A model generated the notes under the pieces. It was not told the DNA's origin and made no database searches. It worked only from the letters and a program-made list of their open reading frames with translations. The translations under genes and the position numbers were made by a program. A stretch of 55,896 bases of DNA from a virus (lineage: Duplodnaviria > Caudoviricetes). The DNA lies in the IMG/VR virus record IMGVR_UViG_3300021364_000026, positions 1-55,896 of that record. One strand, 5' to 3'. Below are positions 9,953 through 19,427 of this stretch, in pieces (the stretch's first letter is position 1; the number at the start of each line of letters is the position of its first letter).

Positions 9953-9981
9953 ATTATAACAACTCAATGTACAATGTACAC
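9953..9981 (-). promoter_or_regulatory. class I promoter GTGTAC-N17-TATAAT
   Basis: gcGTGTAC, perfect -10, then AGGAGG. Confidence 0.75.
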
Positions 9982-9999
9982 GCGATAAATATTTATATT

Positions 10000-10470
10000 T
10001 TAAACCTTTGGATCAATAATTTCTACATTAATACGCTTACCGTAAACTTCTTGAAGTCCTGTCTTGAGATAAGACATAATACAATTAGTCGACACCTCGT
10101 CGAGTCTTATTGCGTCAAACTTAATGTTAAGACTTGTTGCAAGTTGTTTGCCTAAATTCCACGCTGTTATCTCTTCATTGATAAGCGAAATAAACTGCTT
10201 TTTAGAATTAACATTTGAATAGTAAGTAGAATTATTTACTTTCATATTTCTAATAGCTTCTTCGCCTAATTCAAGCTGTACATGACCAGATTCGTGAATA
10301 AGTGCAATAAGCCTATCTCGCCAATGATTGTTCTTATTAATGCAAATTAGATTTGCACCAGAGTAATATGCATCTTCTTCAAAAGCTTTTAAAACAGTGT
10401 TTACTTTATATTTGTATTGAAGATATGTAGCTAAAAAATTAAACCCAGGTTCATATTTTTCTTTTGACAT
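10000..10470 (-). CDS. HExxH zincin-like protein (ImmA/IrrE-like)
   Basis: LIHESGH and downstream EEITAW; start re-set to ATG 10470 behind AAGGAG. Confidence 0.75.
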   Translation of the reverse strand: MSKEKYEPGFNFLATYLQYKYKVNTVLKAFEEDAYYSGANLICINKNNHWRDRLIALIHESGHVQLELGEEAIRNMKVNNSTYYSNVNSKKQFISLINEEITAWNLGKQLATSLNIKFDAIRLDEVSTNCIMSYLKTGLQEVYGKRINVEIIDPKV

Positions 10471-10491
10471 AATTTTGCTCCTTATGCAAAA

Positions 10492-10521
10492 ATTATAAAT
10501 CATAGAATAAATTTAGTGCAC
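10492..10521 (-). promoter_or_regulatory. class I promoter GTGCAC-N18-TATAAT
   Basis: Same motif embedded in the 3' end of the transglycosylase gene. Confidence 0.65.
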
Positions 10522-11044
10522 GCAAGAGTTTCTTTTTATATTCCTTAAATTTTTTCTTTTGTTTGCGAACACTTTTATTTAAACGCTTCTTAAACTTCTT
10601 GACTTTTGATGCGTATTTTAACCCTTCTTTTTTGTAGTCATATCCACCCGGTTTTACTTCTATCTCGTCTTTGCACCTATAACCTTGATTATAACCACAT
10701 AAACTTATATCTAAACTTCCTCTTCCGTACTTCTTAAACATAGAAAAAATTCGAGCACCTTGTTTAATAGCCTCACTAGGATCTTCATTTAGCGTCTGAC
10801 ATGATACGCGTGGTCTTGTCCACTTAGGGACAACTTGAGAAATGCCACAAGCTCTTCCTGTGTAAGAATTAATATTAGTAGTAAAGTTACTCTCTACCCA
10901 AAGTAGAGAAACATACGTAGAAGGATCGATGTTGTACTCTGTTGATACTTCATGCAATGTTTGAATGTTTTCACATATATTAGATTCGTTAATAACGCCG
11001 TTCATATCTAGCAAGGCGAAGCAAATTAATATTTCTTTAATCAT
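10493..11044 (-). CDS. SLT-family lytic transglycosylase
   Basis: Catalytic VESNF, GISQV (GLMQ-like), GYNQG (AYNAG-like); basic C-terminal tail. Confidence 0.85.
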   Translation of the reverse strand: MIKEILICFALLDMNGVINESNICENIQTLHEVSTEYNIDPSTYVSLLWVESNFTTNINSYTGRACGISQVVPKWTRPRVSCQTLNEDPSEAIKQGARIFSMFKKYGRGSLDISLCGYNQGYRCKDEIEVKPGGYDYKKEGLKYASKVKKFKKRLNKSVRKQKKKFKEYKKKLLRALNLFYDL

Positions 11045-11234
11045 AAACCTTTATTACGTCTCCAGACAAATACTTCTGTATATCGTCGTCGCTATACTTA
11101 ACAACAATAAATACTCTGTCTGCAGTCGTACCTCCTGTTGTCATAAAATTATTTCTAGAATACTCAATATTGATTACAGTACCTACCCTGTGCGTCGTCA
11201 TAAAATGTGAGACTTTTTGTCCTATCTTAAACAT
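11037..11234 (-). CDS. small SH3/KOW-like hypothetical protein
   Basis: MFKIGQKVSH...VGTVI...VVKY; AAGGA RBS. Confidence 0.7.
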   Translation of the reverse strand: MFKIGQKVSHFMTTHRVGTVINIEYSRNNFMTTGGTTADRVFIVVKYSDDDIQKYLSGDVIKVYD

Positions 11235-11253
11235 AAACTATTCCTTTTTAAAA

Positions 11254-11736
11254 CTAGATCATTCCGTTGTCTTTAAGTGCAGTTAATACGTCAATTAGTG
11301 CTTGGATGCCTGATTGCATACAAGTTGCACCAGAATCCGAGACGCATTGCTTAAGAACTGCATGATCATCATTATAATAAGATCTGCACTTGTTATAGGA
11401 ATTTTGACATGGGACGTCGTCTCTATAGTGGTCTAAAGACTCAGGATTGTCTGCATGATATTGTACATGATCTACATACTCATCAGTTGTTACAGTGCCG
11501 TCATTGTCTAAATCAAAATGATTGTATAAATCTTCTTGAGAAACAACACCATCTCTATCCGGATCTAGATCATCATGCGACATACCGTCAATAGGATAAT
11601 CTTCTGTGCTTGATTCATGACTGCATTGACACGGTATTGTATTGCAATGCATGCAAACATTATCAAGCTGTAATGCGCTTTCTTTCATTAGCTTAATAAA
11701 GTTTTTAGTAATGTCTCTTTCATTTAATCTTTTCAT
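11254..11736 (-). CDS. EF-hand pair protein with Cys-rich flanks
   Basis: DPDRDGVVSQED and DLDNDGTVTTDE loops; CMHCNTIPCQC. Confidence 0.8.
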   Translation of the reverse strand: MKRLNERDITKNFIKLMKESALQLDNVCMHCNTIPCQCSHESSTEDYPIDGMSHDDLDPDRDGVVSQEDLYNHFDLDNDGTVTTDEYVDHVQYHADNPESLDHYRDDVPCQNSYNKCRSYYNDDHAVLKQCVSDSGATCMQSGIQALIDVLTALKDNGMI

Positions 11737-11767
11737 AATCACTTCCTGTAAATATTACAGTATATAA

Positions 11768-12919
11768 TTATGTCTTGCTTTGTGAAATATCATGAGACTC
11801 TTTTCTGCTCATTCCTTTCATTATCTTATCGTTCATAATTTTTTGGCTTTCTAGCTTATCAGCAAACTTTTGAACGTTATCTTCAGCAAACTCTGTATTA
11901 ATTTGTAGACCTTTGATTACTTTTGTAATTCTTTCTAAGATAAAACATGCAATATGAGCAGAGTCTTTAAAGATAATCCTTTCAGGCGCTGAATGTGATA
12001 TGTCCCTCTCTAAAAGAGTTGTACAGTTTTCTATTGCAGTGTGCATATAGCTTTTATATAATCTCGCCAATCCACATATATTTTCTGTTAGAATCGGGTT
12101 TTTCTTGTGTGGCATTGAAGATGAACCTTTCTGTTTATTGCTAAAAGGCTCAGCCATTTCATTTACGCCATCAATGCTATAGATTCTAATATCATAAGCA
12201 ATCTTTTCAACTGCAATGACAGTTTTAAGCATTGCATAAAAATAGTCTAAATAAATTTCTCTTGGGATAATTTGGGAACATACAGTAGGATACAAACCTA
12301 AAGATCTTAATGCATTATTTTCGTTGCCCATGCTGTTTGTTGTATTGTTTCCAGAAGGACCAGATAACTTTCCAAACTTAAGATTAGACTTTGCAACAAT
12401 TAGTGCATCATGGTTTCTTCGCAATGAAGATATCCAACGATTAAACACGTTATAATAAGTTTGAACTTCAGCAGCTTTTCCATGTGTCCTTGATAAAATC
12501 CTTTGGCTTGCCTTTTCTGACTTCAGAAGTTTATTTAAATAAAAACACACTTCTGAAACTTTGTTTATTACTACTTGTAAAGTTTCTCGACACATTAAAG
12601 TATTTGCTGTGTCCAAAATATCAGACGATGTAAGACCATAATGAATCCAGCGTCCACTATTGTCAGGAACTGATTCTTCTAGCATCTGTACAAAAGCTTG
12701 TACATCATGACGAGTTTCTTCTTCAATCTCTTTCCATCTAGCAATGTCTATCTTTACATGTGTCTTAATGGTTTCAAGCTCGTCTTCAGTTATAGTTTTG
12801 TCAATTATATTAGATCTTAAAGCATCTAAATGTGCTAACTCTACTTTTAGCCATGTATCTAATTTATTTTTTGTTGTCCATATATCATGGATTTCTTTAA
12901 CTTTATATCTTGGAATCAT
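11768..12919 (-). CDS. purB: adenylosuccinate lyase
   Basis: MIPRY, TRHDV, HYGLTSSD, SRTHG, GSSSMPHKKNP, ERDISHS; shorter C-terminus than typical. Confidence 0.95.
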   Translation of the reverse strand: MIPRYKVKEIHDIWTTKNKLDTWLKVELAHLDALRSNIIDKTITEDELETIKTHVKIDIARWKEIEEETRHDVQAFVQMLEESVPDNSGRWIHYGLTSSDILDTANTLMCRETLQVVINKVSEVCFYLNKLLKSEKASQRILSRTHGKAAEVQTYYNVFNRWISSLRRNHDALIVAKSNLKFGKLSGPSGNNTTNSMGNENNALRSLGLYPTVCSQIIPREIYLDYFYAMLKTVIAVEKIAYDIRIYSIDGVNEMAEPFSNKQKGSSSMPHKKNPILTENICGLARLYKSYMHTAIENCTTLLERDISHSAPERIIFKDSAHIACFILERITKVIKGLQINTEFAEDNVQKFADKLESQKIMNDKIMKGMSRKESHDISQSKT

Positions 12920-14138
12920 TAATGCTCCAAACGATTTCGCCTCGTTTTGGCCCAGTCGTATAAGAAATATTGTTTACGTTAGTAATGTCACTTACCACGT
13001 TGACTAAAGTTTTAAAGCCTTCGTCTTCTAAAGTAACATTGTCAATCTTAGGAATTCTTATTAGTTTATTTTCATGAAACACAAAAGGCTTTTCGATATG
13101 CGTCATAACATCAGTCTTAACGATACAGAGATGATTAACGCCATTATTTTGAATCGCTAAGTTAACTTCATCTAAATCTAGCCAACCGCATTGTCTTGGA
13201 CGTCCTGTTGTTGCACCATATTCTTGACCAATTTCTGCTAAGATTTGTGCTGGCTCATCGCTGATGATTGAAGGAAAGTTTCCACTTCCAACTTTAGTTT
13301 TATAAGACTTGATTACACCAATAACTTCGTCGATTTGAGTATGATTAAGCCCAGTTGAATTTAATGCACCGCCTACTGAAGGAAATGATGATGTCACGTC
13401 TGGATAGTTATTTGATCCAATACTTAGACCACTACCTTGTGCGCCTTCTAGTAGAATGTTTTTTCCTTCTTGATATAATTGAGAAACTGTTGTCTCATCT
13501 TCCATTAGATATTGACTTAATGTATTAACAGCATTTCGATACTTTGAAGTCCATTCATTATAAAAGCTAAAATTGTCATTTATTTGTTCATTAGAAGCAC
13601 CTTGTTCAGCAAACCCTGTTTGAAAGTCTAAAAACTTTTTATATATCTTGCTTAAAGAAGCCTCTGGTTTTGCGACAAAGTCTTTAAATAAGACTGAATC
13701 TCTAGCATAAAAGTCTGAGTATGCTGGGCCAATGCCTCTAGCAGTTGTACCAAGTTTTCCTTGATACTTCATTCTGTCTATTAGAATATGTGTAGGTTCA
13801 ATTAGCGGGCAAAATCCTGAAATTTTTAAATGATTATTAGTTAGTTTATTTGAAGAATCAAATGAAAGAAGCTCTTCGTAAAGGTCTGATACGTTTAGAA
13901 CACAACCTCTTGATATGACATTTAAAACGTCTTTATTGTTATCTCTACTTTGCACAACGCCAACTGGCAGAATGTGTGTTACAAATTTATTTCCTTCTCT
14001 ATCATATACTGTATGACCAGCATTTCCTCCTCCTTGAAATCTTACTACTACATCAGCCCACGTCTCTGTTAAGTCGTCGACTACTCTTCCCTTACCTTCG
14101 TCTCCGTGTTGGAGACCTAATACTAATTTTGTTGGCAT
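12903..14138 (-). CDS. purA: adenylosuccinate synthetase
   Basis: GDEGKG, GGGNAGHT, GIGPAY, EGAQG, YPDVTSS, GATTGRPR, TGP. Confidence 0.95.
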   Translation of the reverse strand: MPTKLVLGLQHGDEGKGRVVDDLTETWADVVVRFQGGGNAGHTVYDREGNKFVTHILPVGVVQSRDNNKDVLNVISRGCVLNVSDLYEELLSFDSSNKLTNNHLKISGFCPLIEPTHILIDRMKYQGKLGTTARGIGPAYSDFYARDSVLFKDFVAKPEASLSKIYKKFLDFQTGFAEQGASNEQINDNFSFYNEWTSKYRNAVNTLSQYLMEDETTVSQLYQEGKNILLEGAQGSGLSIGSNNYPDVTSSFPSVGGALNSTGLNHTQIDEVIGVIKSYKTKVGSGNFPSIISDEPAQILAEIGQEYGATTGRPRQCGWLDLDEVNLAIQNNGVNHLCIVKTDVMTHIEKPFVFHENKLIRIPKIDNVTLEDEGFKTLVNVVSDITNVNNISYTTGPKRGEIVWSINDSKI

Positions 14139-14141
14139 ATT

Positions 14142-15200
14142 TTACTTTCTATTATAAATGTGTGGATTACCTTCTGTATGAGAAGAAGATGTTTGAATTA
14201 CTGCAATTGAATCTTCTCTTAGTTCTTTTAAAGAGCGTACTCCGCTATATGACATTCCACTTCTTACGTTTGACATAATTTCACCGATGACCTTAGAAAC
14301 AGTTCCTTTATAAGGAACATAAGAACTTACTCCTTCGATTGAAGAGTAAGAACCTTTCCAGTTTTTTTGTGCTAACTTTGAAGCCATCCCATTATATCGC
14401 TTGATCTTTTTACCTTCATTGCTTAAGATGATTTTTCCGGGTGTTTCTTTAGTGCCACTAAGCATTGACCCAAGCATTACAAGATCTGCACCAGCTGCTA
14501 AAGACTTTACAACATCACCGCTGTTTTTAATACCACCATCTGCAATAATTAGTGCAGGCTCTTTAACACCTTCGTTTATCATTGCAGACTTTCTAGTATA
14601 GCAATCAATTACTGCATTAAGCGTCGGCATGCCGTGTCCTGTTTGAATTCTTGTTGTGCAAATACTACCACTACCAACAGAAGTTCTTACAGCATGTGCT
14701 CCTGCACTAGAAAGTCTTTCATAACCTTGAGATGTTGCAACATTTCCTGCAATAATAAATACATTTGGATAGTCAGATCTAATAAACTCTATTGCTTGCG
14801 TCATTAGTATGTGATCACCGTGTGCAATATCAACGCAGACTATAGATAAACCTTTTTCGTGTAAAGCTGACATTCTCTCTTTGTAATCACCAGAGACTCC
14901 AATTGCAGCTGCCTTTGTCTCTTTGTCGTTAATAAATGACAATAGTTTAGCTTGAAAGTCAATGGAGTTGTATCTATGAATAATCCCGAGGCCACCTAAA
15001 GATCTCATAGCATTACACATATAAGCTTCAGAAACAGTCGACATAGGACTGCTAATAATCGGTATATCTAAAACTACTTTATTACTACCTATTTGCATCT
15101 CTGTAGATGTATCTATTGCGCTTCTAGTTGTAATATCAGAATACTGTGGTACTAAAATTACGTCATCAAAACTTATTACTTTTTTTTCTAAAATTTTCAT
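14142..15200 (-). CDS. guaC: IMPDH/GMP reductase family, CBS-less; GMP reductase favoured
   Basis: FDDVILVP, DIAHG, GNVAT, GSICTTR, ADGGI, GMAS; short flap lacks the IMPDH Arg-Tyr dyad. Confidence 0.75.
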   Translation of the reverse strand: MKILEKKVISFDDVILVPQYSDITTRSAIDTSTEMQIGSNKVVLDIPIISSPMSTVSEAYMCNAMRSLGGLGIIHRYNSIDFQAKLLSFINDKETKAAAIGVSGDYKERMSALHEKGLSIVCVDIAHGDHILMTQAIEFIRSDYPNVFIIAGNVATSQGYERLSSAGAHAVRTSVGSGSICTTRIQTGHGMPTLNAVIDCYTRKSAMINEGVKEPALIIADGGIKNSGDVVKSLAAGADLVMLGSMLSGTKETPGKIILSNEGKKIKRYNGMASKLAQKNWKGSYSSIEGVSSYVPYKGTVSKVIGEIMSNVRSGMSYSGVRSLKELREDSIAVIQTSSSHTEGNPHIYNRK

Positions 15201-15229
15201 TAATGACCTCTAGTTAATAATCTATTTAT

Positions 15230-15258
15230 ATTATAATCAATCAGAATAATATTTATAA
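15230..15258 (-). promoter_or_regulatory. promoter TTATAA-N17-TATAAT of the purine operon
   Basis: Perfect -10 in the divergent gap, GAGGT RBS downstream. Confidence 0.5.
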
Positions 15259-15278
15259 AAAAATAAGGAAATAAAAGT

Positions 15279-16820
15279 ATGTTGTGCATAAAAAACATGA
15301 GTTTCGCTCCTATTGAAGGCCCTTACGACAGTAATGTTATTAGTCTTTCAAAGAAAATTGCTGGAGCTTATAACAAGTCTGTTCAGAATTTAAATTCTAA
15401 CTTGTTCTTAGGTTTTAAATTTGAAAATATTAAAGAACTAAAAAACTATAAAGCTAGTTTAAATTTTAAGAATAGAGTACTTGAAATAAACATTAGTGAA
15501 TCAACTAAGATTTTAATACCTAGCCTATATGCGTCTCCTAGAGAATTAGCTCATCTTTTTGAGTTTAGCAAAGAAAAAGAATTTAAAGATGAAATTATCT
15601 TAGAAAGAGCAATTAACAGTCATTCTGTTCAAGAAAACTTTAGACTAAAAGGCAAAGCTGACTCAATATTTTCAGGAATAAAAAGTGGCGTAAAGTCAGC
15701 AAAAAATTATTTTAGTTCTGATATAACAATACAGAATCCTGACAGTGTTACAAGCTTAGCAGAAAATATAACTTCAGACTTGTCTAAAATATTATCAATT
15801 GATGCTGGAAAAGATAGATTCTTAAAAGTCATAGAAGATTTTATTAAGCATGAAAACAAAGACTCAGTCGATAAGCTTTATGAAGCAATTTTCAACACAG
15901 CAGTAAAAACAAAATATGTTGAAAATTGTATTAGTAACATTAAAGATTTAGTTAGTAAAAAAAGAAAAGAAGGCGAAATTAAAGGAAATATTGATGACGA
16001 CGAAATACTAAAGTTAGTTGCTAAAAGCTATAACGTTAAAGAAAAAGATATAACGTCAAGAAACGAAAAAGATATTGTAGGTGTTATAAAGAAGATTTAT
16101 ACGTATATAACTAAAGGATTGTCAATACTAATTAATTCTATAAAAGGATTAACTTTTACTGCAGCTGCATATGAAACTTTTAATAACGGAGTTGGAAGCT
16201 TAGTGCTAAAAATAATTAAGTACACGATATCAGGATGTCTTAATGTAATTCAGTATTTTGTACAAACTGATAGTAATGCAGTCCAAGCAGCAAATGCTGC
16301 TTTAACTGGCGACTCTTCGGTCCTTGATAAAGTTGCAGCTACACTAACTAAAGCAAACGAGTTTTTTATTGGAAAAGGTATCGATAGTATTGACTACGGT
16401 CAAAGCTGGATTTTAGATAAATTATCTATAGTGTCAAGCAGCATTGAATCATTGCCCTATATAGGGGTCGTAAAATATCTTCTATTTGTATTTCTTGCTG
16501 CCATGGCACTCAAATATATTTATAATATAGTTAGAGATATATTTAAGATAAAAGACGAAAATCAAACAGACGCAGAAAAAATATTTGCAAGAATCTCAGA
16601 AGAAAATCTTAGCAATAATTTTGGATTTGATAAAATTCTTGCAACAGAAGGAATTATTATCGTTGTAGTTTCCCACTTAGAAAATGCAATAAAGTCTGGA
16701 AGATTTTCTAAAGAAGAGAAGTCTAGACTTAAAGGACTAATATCAGCTTTTTATTCTTCACATAAAAAGAAAACAAAAGAAGGAATTAAATTCTTCTTTA
16801 ATGAAATGAGTCTAAACTAA
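15279..16820 (+). CDS. hypothetical membrane-associated protein (513 aa)
   Basis: Long ORF; hydrophobic YIGVVKYLLFVFLAAMALKYIY segment. Confidence 0.8.
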   Translation: MLCIKNMSFAPIEGPYDSNVISLSKKIAGAYNKSVQNLNSNLFLGFKFENIKELKNYKASLNFKNRVLEINISESTKILIPSLYASPRELAHLFEFSKEKEFKDEIILERAINSHSVQENFRLKGKADSIFSGIKSGVKSAKNYFSSDITIQNPDSVTSLAENITSDLSKILSIDAGKDRFLKVIEDFIKHENKDSVDKLYEAIFNTAVKTKYVENCISNIKDLVSKKRKEGEIKGNIDDDEILKLVAKSYNVKEKDITSRNEKDIVGVIKKIYTYITKGLSILINSIKGLTFTAAAYETFNNGVGSLVLKIIKYTISGCLNVIQYFVQTDSNAVQAANAALTGDSSVLDKVAATLTKANEFFIGKGIDSIDYGQSWILDKLSIVSSSIESLPYIGVVKYLLFVFLAAMALKYIYNIVRDIFKIKDENQTDAEKIFARISEENLSNNFGFDKILATEGIIIVVVSHLENAIKSGRFSKEEKSRLKGLISAFYSSHKKKTKEGIKFFFNEMSLN

Positions 16821-17728
16821 CAAAAGTCTTTTAAATATTTTTGAAGAGCTTTTTCTTTGCACTTAGCTTCTAACATTACGTCGACAGACTTTCCACAGCT
16901 GTCAAAAGGCTTGTAATAATAGTCTGAGTGTGCTGCAGCTGACCTTGTTGTTGGATCCTCGAACTCTTTTTTGCCGTTTGAATGATGACATGTTGGTGTA
17001 ATCGTTGATGGCCAAGAGTCAAAAGCCATATCGAATGACTCGTCATATGGCGCATCTTTTGGACCTAGACTGAAGTGATGTGAGTCAAATACAATTGGGA
17101 CGCCAGAAACCTTATATACATTTTCATAAAGAAACTTTGAACTGAACATTGAAGCCTTGTCATCGTTTTCCACAGTAAGTCTAGACTGAACTGATGGTGA
17201 AAGTCTTTGAAAGTTTGTATTGAAGTTGTCAGCTGCCAATTGTAAATTGCCACCGCATGTAGAACCTAAATGAATGTTAATCTTTGACCAGTGATTTTGG
17301 TCTAGACCCATAAGATCAAATATCTTGCCGTGTATTTCTAAGTCTTTTATACAATTATCAACAACATAATCTTTTTCTGATGCTAGACAATTGAATTGAC
17401 CTGGGTGAAAAGAAACTCTTTGTCCAATTACTTTTGTATAGTCACCTGCCATTTTTAGATAATGACAAATCTCTTCATAATCTGGCAAATCATGCAACTC
17501 GTATTCGCTTGCCCATGGTGCAATTTCCGATGAGATGCGAAATACTTTGACATTGTTTTTGTAATTCCAATTGAAAATAGGTAAAAGGTCTTTTACGTTT
17601 TGTAAGACTAGTTGCGACGTGTATGTTAGTCCTTTCTCGAGAAAAGTCTTTTTTCTCATTGTTCTAGAGTTGAAGATACCTTTATCTCTAAGGTGCATAT
17701 TAATGCATGCATAACCAAATCTATTCAT
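16817..17728 (-). CDS. uvsE: UV damage endonuclease
   Basis: FGYACIN, FRISS, SFHPGQF, LTVENDD, FDSHH, AHSD, MLEAK; start re-set to ATG 17728. Confidence 0.95.
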   Translation of the reverse strand: MNRFGYACINMHLRDKGIFNSRTMRKKTFLEKGLTYTSQLVLQNVKDLLPIFNWNYKNNVKVFRISSEIAPWASEYELHDLPDYEEICHYLKMAGDYTKVIGQRVSFHPGQFNCLASEKDYVVDNCIKDLEIHGKIFDLMGLDQNHWSKINIHLGSTCGGNLQLAADNFNTNFQRLSPSVQSRLTVENDDKASMFSSKFLYENVYKVSGVPIVFDSHHFSLGPKDAPYDESFDMAFDSWPSTITPTCHHSNGKKEFEDPTTRSAAAHSDYYYKPFDSCGKSVDVMLEAKCKEKALQKYLKDFC

Positions 17729-17752
17729 TACAAATAACCTTTTTTTGTTAAT

Positions 17753-17781
17753 ATTATAATATATAATTGTATAATATACAC
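17753..17781 (-). promoter_or_regulatory. class I promoter GTGTAT-N17-TATAAT
   Basis: gcGTGTAT, perfect -10, upstream of uvsE. Confidence 0.75.
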
Positions 17782-17802
17782 GCATTTAAAACAGGATAGA
17801 TA

Positions 17803-18432
17803 ATGTCTAAAGAACTAAAGCAATATATAAAAGAAGTTGTAAAAAATGAAAGCAAACTACTTTCAGAAGGTTTGAAATTTCATATGCAAGAAAACATTCC
17901 TATTAGCACTAACATTTATAGAAGAGGTTCACATAAATATTTTAGTCTTCTTAATGAAGCAAGAAAGCTTTACAACGAAGGATCAATAGAACTACATCAT
18001 GAAATTGATAAAATGTACATACAAGAACTTCAGGTTGGTGAGTGGGCAATGTATGAAGGTCAAATGGTTCCTTTAGACTACCCTTTCCTATTAGAAGACT
18101 ATGCTTTGGAAAACGATACAATTGCTGAAGCTGAATATCAGGGCAAAAAAGTAAAGCTAGGTAAAGCAGGTGTTAAAAGGGCAGGTGATGGAAAAGCTGT
18201 TGTGTTTGTAAACTCTGGCAAGAAAAACAAAGATGGCACAATTAAAGTTAAAAAAGTAACTTTTGGATCAAGCATGCCTATGGCAATGGGAAAAAGTGAA
18301 GCTCATAGAAAAAGAAGAAAATCTTTTGGTGACCGTCATCAGTGTAGCCAAAAGAAAGATAAGACAAAGGCGGGTTATTGGTCTTGCAGAGCCACCAAAT
18401 TATTTGGAAGAAATATTTCAGGTTGGTGGTGA
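17803..18432 (+). CDS. hypothetical virion-like protein, acidic N-half and basic C-domain
   Basis: LKQYIKEVVKNES leader; KVTFG...RRKSF.RH.C...GYWSCR domain familiar from large phages. Confidence 0.8.
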   Translation: MSKELKQYIKEVVKNESKLLSEGLKFHMQENIPISTNIYRRGSHKYFSLLNEARKLYNEGSIELHHEIDKMYIQELQVGEWAMYEGQMVPLDYPFLLEDYALENDTIAEAEYQGKKVKLGKAGVKRAGDGKAVVFVNSGKKNKDGTIKVKKVTFGSSMPMAMGKSEAHRKRRKSFGDRHQCSQKKDKTKAGYWSCRATKLFGRNISGWW

Positions 18433-18433
18433 T

Positions 18434-18730
18434 ATGTCTTCACTACCTTTTGAAGAAAGTATAATCGAAGAAACAGAAGAGTATATTGTCGTACAAAGGT
18501 CTTTTGACAAAAATCTTGGCAGAGAAGAGCTTGTATGGCATAGAGACAAAGAAGACAGAGAAATATGTGTAATCGAAGGAGAAGGCTGGTATTTGCAATT
18601 TGATAATGAGCTGCCTAATTTAATGCAGAAAAACGTTTCTTATAAAATACCTAGTGAAACTTGGCATAGAATAATAAATACAAACGAAACAAAACTTTTA
18701 ATTAATGTAAAAAAACACAAATGTATATAA
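18434..18730 (+). CDS. small cupin-fold protein
   Basis: LVWHRDKEDRE and IP...WHRII cupin motifs; ATG 18434 just after the upstream stop. Confidence 0.75.
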   Translation: MSSLPFEESIIEETEEYIVVQRSFDKNLGREELVWHRDKEDREICVIEGEGWYLQFDNELPNLMQKNVSYKIPSETWHRIINTNETKLLINVKKHKCI

Positions 18731-18759
18731 AAGTAATAATTATTAATTAAGAGGTTATT

Positions 18760-19032
18760 ATGAATGATTTGTTTTTGTTAGAAGAATTTATTCTAGAAGC
18801 TTTATTAGATGAAGCGCGTAAAAAGAAAAGAAAAAAAAAGTCTAAATACCCAAAGCAATACAAAGCTAAAGGTAAAAGAAAAAAGACTTTAGATAGAGCA
18901 ACAAAGCTTGCAAAAAGCAAAAACCCAGCTGATCGTGCACGAGCTTATAAAATAAGAGATAATCAAGAAAAAAGAGAGAGAAGTAAAAAAGGCTGGAAAA
19001 ATAAACCTAGACATGATACGAAAAAGAGTTAG
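18760..19032 (+). CDS. very basic small protein with acidic leader
   Basis: MNDLFLLEEFILEALLDEA then Lys/Arg-rich; GAGGT RBS. Confidence 0.8.
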   Translation: MNDLFLLEEFILEALLDEARKKKRKKKSKYPKQYKAKGKRKKTLDRATKLAKSKNPADRARAYKIRDNQEKRERSKKGWKNKPRHDTKKS

Positions 19033-19034
19033 CT

Positions 19035-19427
19035 ATGAATGATTTATTTTTGTTAGAAGAGTTTATAAGAGAGGCCTTGTTAGACGAAGCAAAGAGAGGC
19101 CGCAAAAAAGCAAAGAAAAAAACTGCTGCTAAAAAAAGAGCCACTAAAAAAGGAAACAGAAAAGCGTCTAGAAGAAAATCTTCTGCTGGTGGTTTGTCTG
19201 CAAAAACAAAAGAAACGCTTAAAAAGAAAGCAGATGCTAGAGGTTATACAGCTGCTTCTGTTTACGCAGAATATCGTAAAGGTTTAGCAGCATTTTATAC
19301 TAGTGGTAGTAGAAAAGGAATGACAGCACATCAATGGGCAATGGCTCGTGTTAACTCTGCAAATCCTTCAAAATCTTGGGCTTGTGTTAAAAAGAAAGCT
19401 AACACAAAGAGATCAAAAAGCAAATGA
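19035..19427 (+). CDS. very basic protein with the same leader (DUF5824-like C-domain)
   Basis: MNDLFLLEEFIREALLDEA; YRKGLAA...HQWAMARV. Confidence 0.8.
   Translation: MNDLFLLEEFIREALLDEAKRGRKKAKKKTAAKKRATKKGNRKASRRKSSAGGLSAKTKETLKKKADARGYTAASVYAEYRKGLAAFYTSGSRKGMTAHQWAMARVNSANPSKSWACVKKKANTKRSKSK

Noticed and set aside
12903-14138. PurZ / diaminopurine (Z) genome pathway
   Set aside because: Retains the PurA Asp in GDEGKG (Ser in PurZ), plus YPDVTSS, YKTKVG and TTGRPR of canonical PurA; no dATPase or MazZ gene nearby
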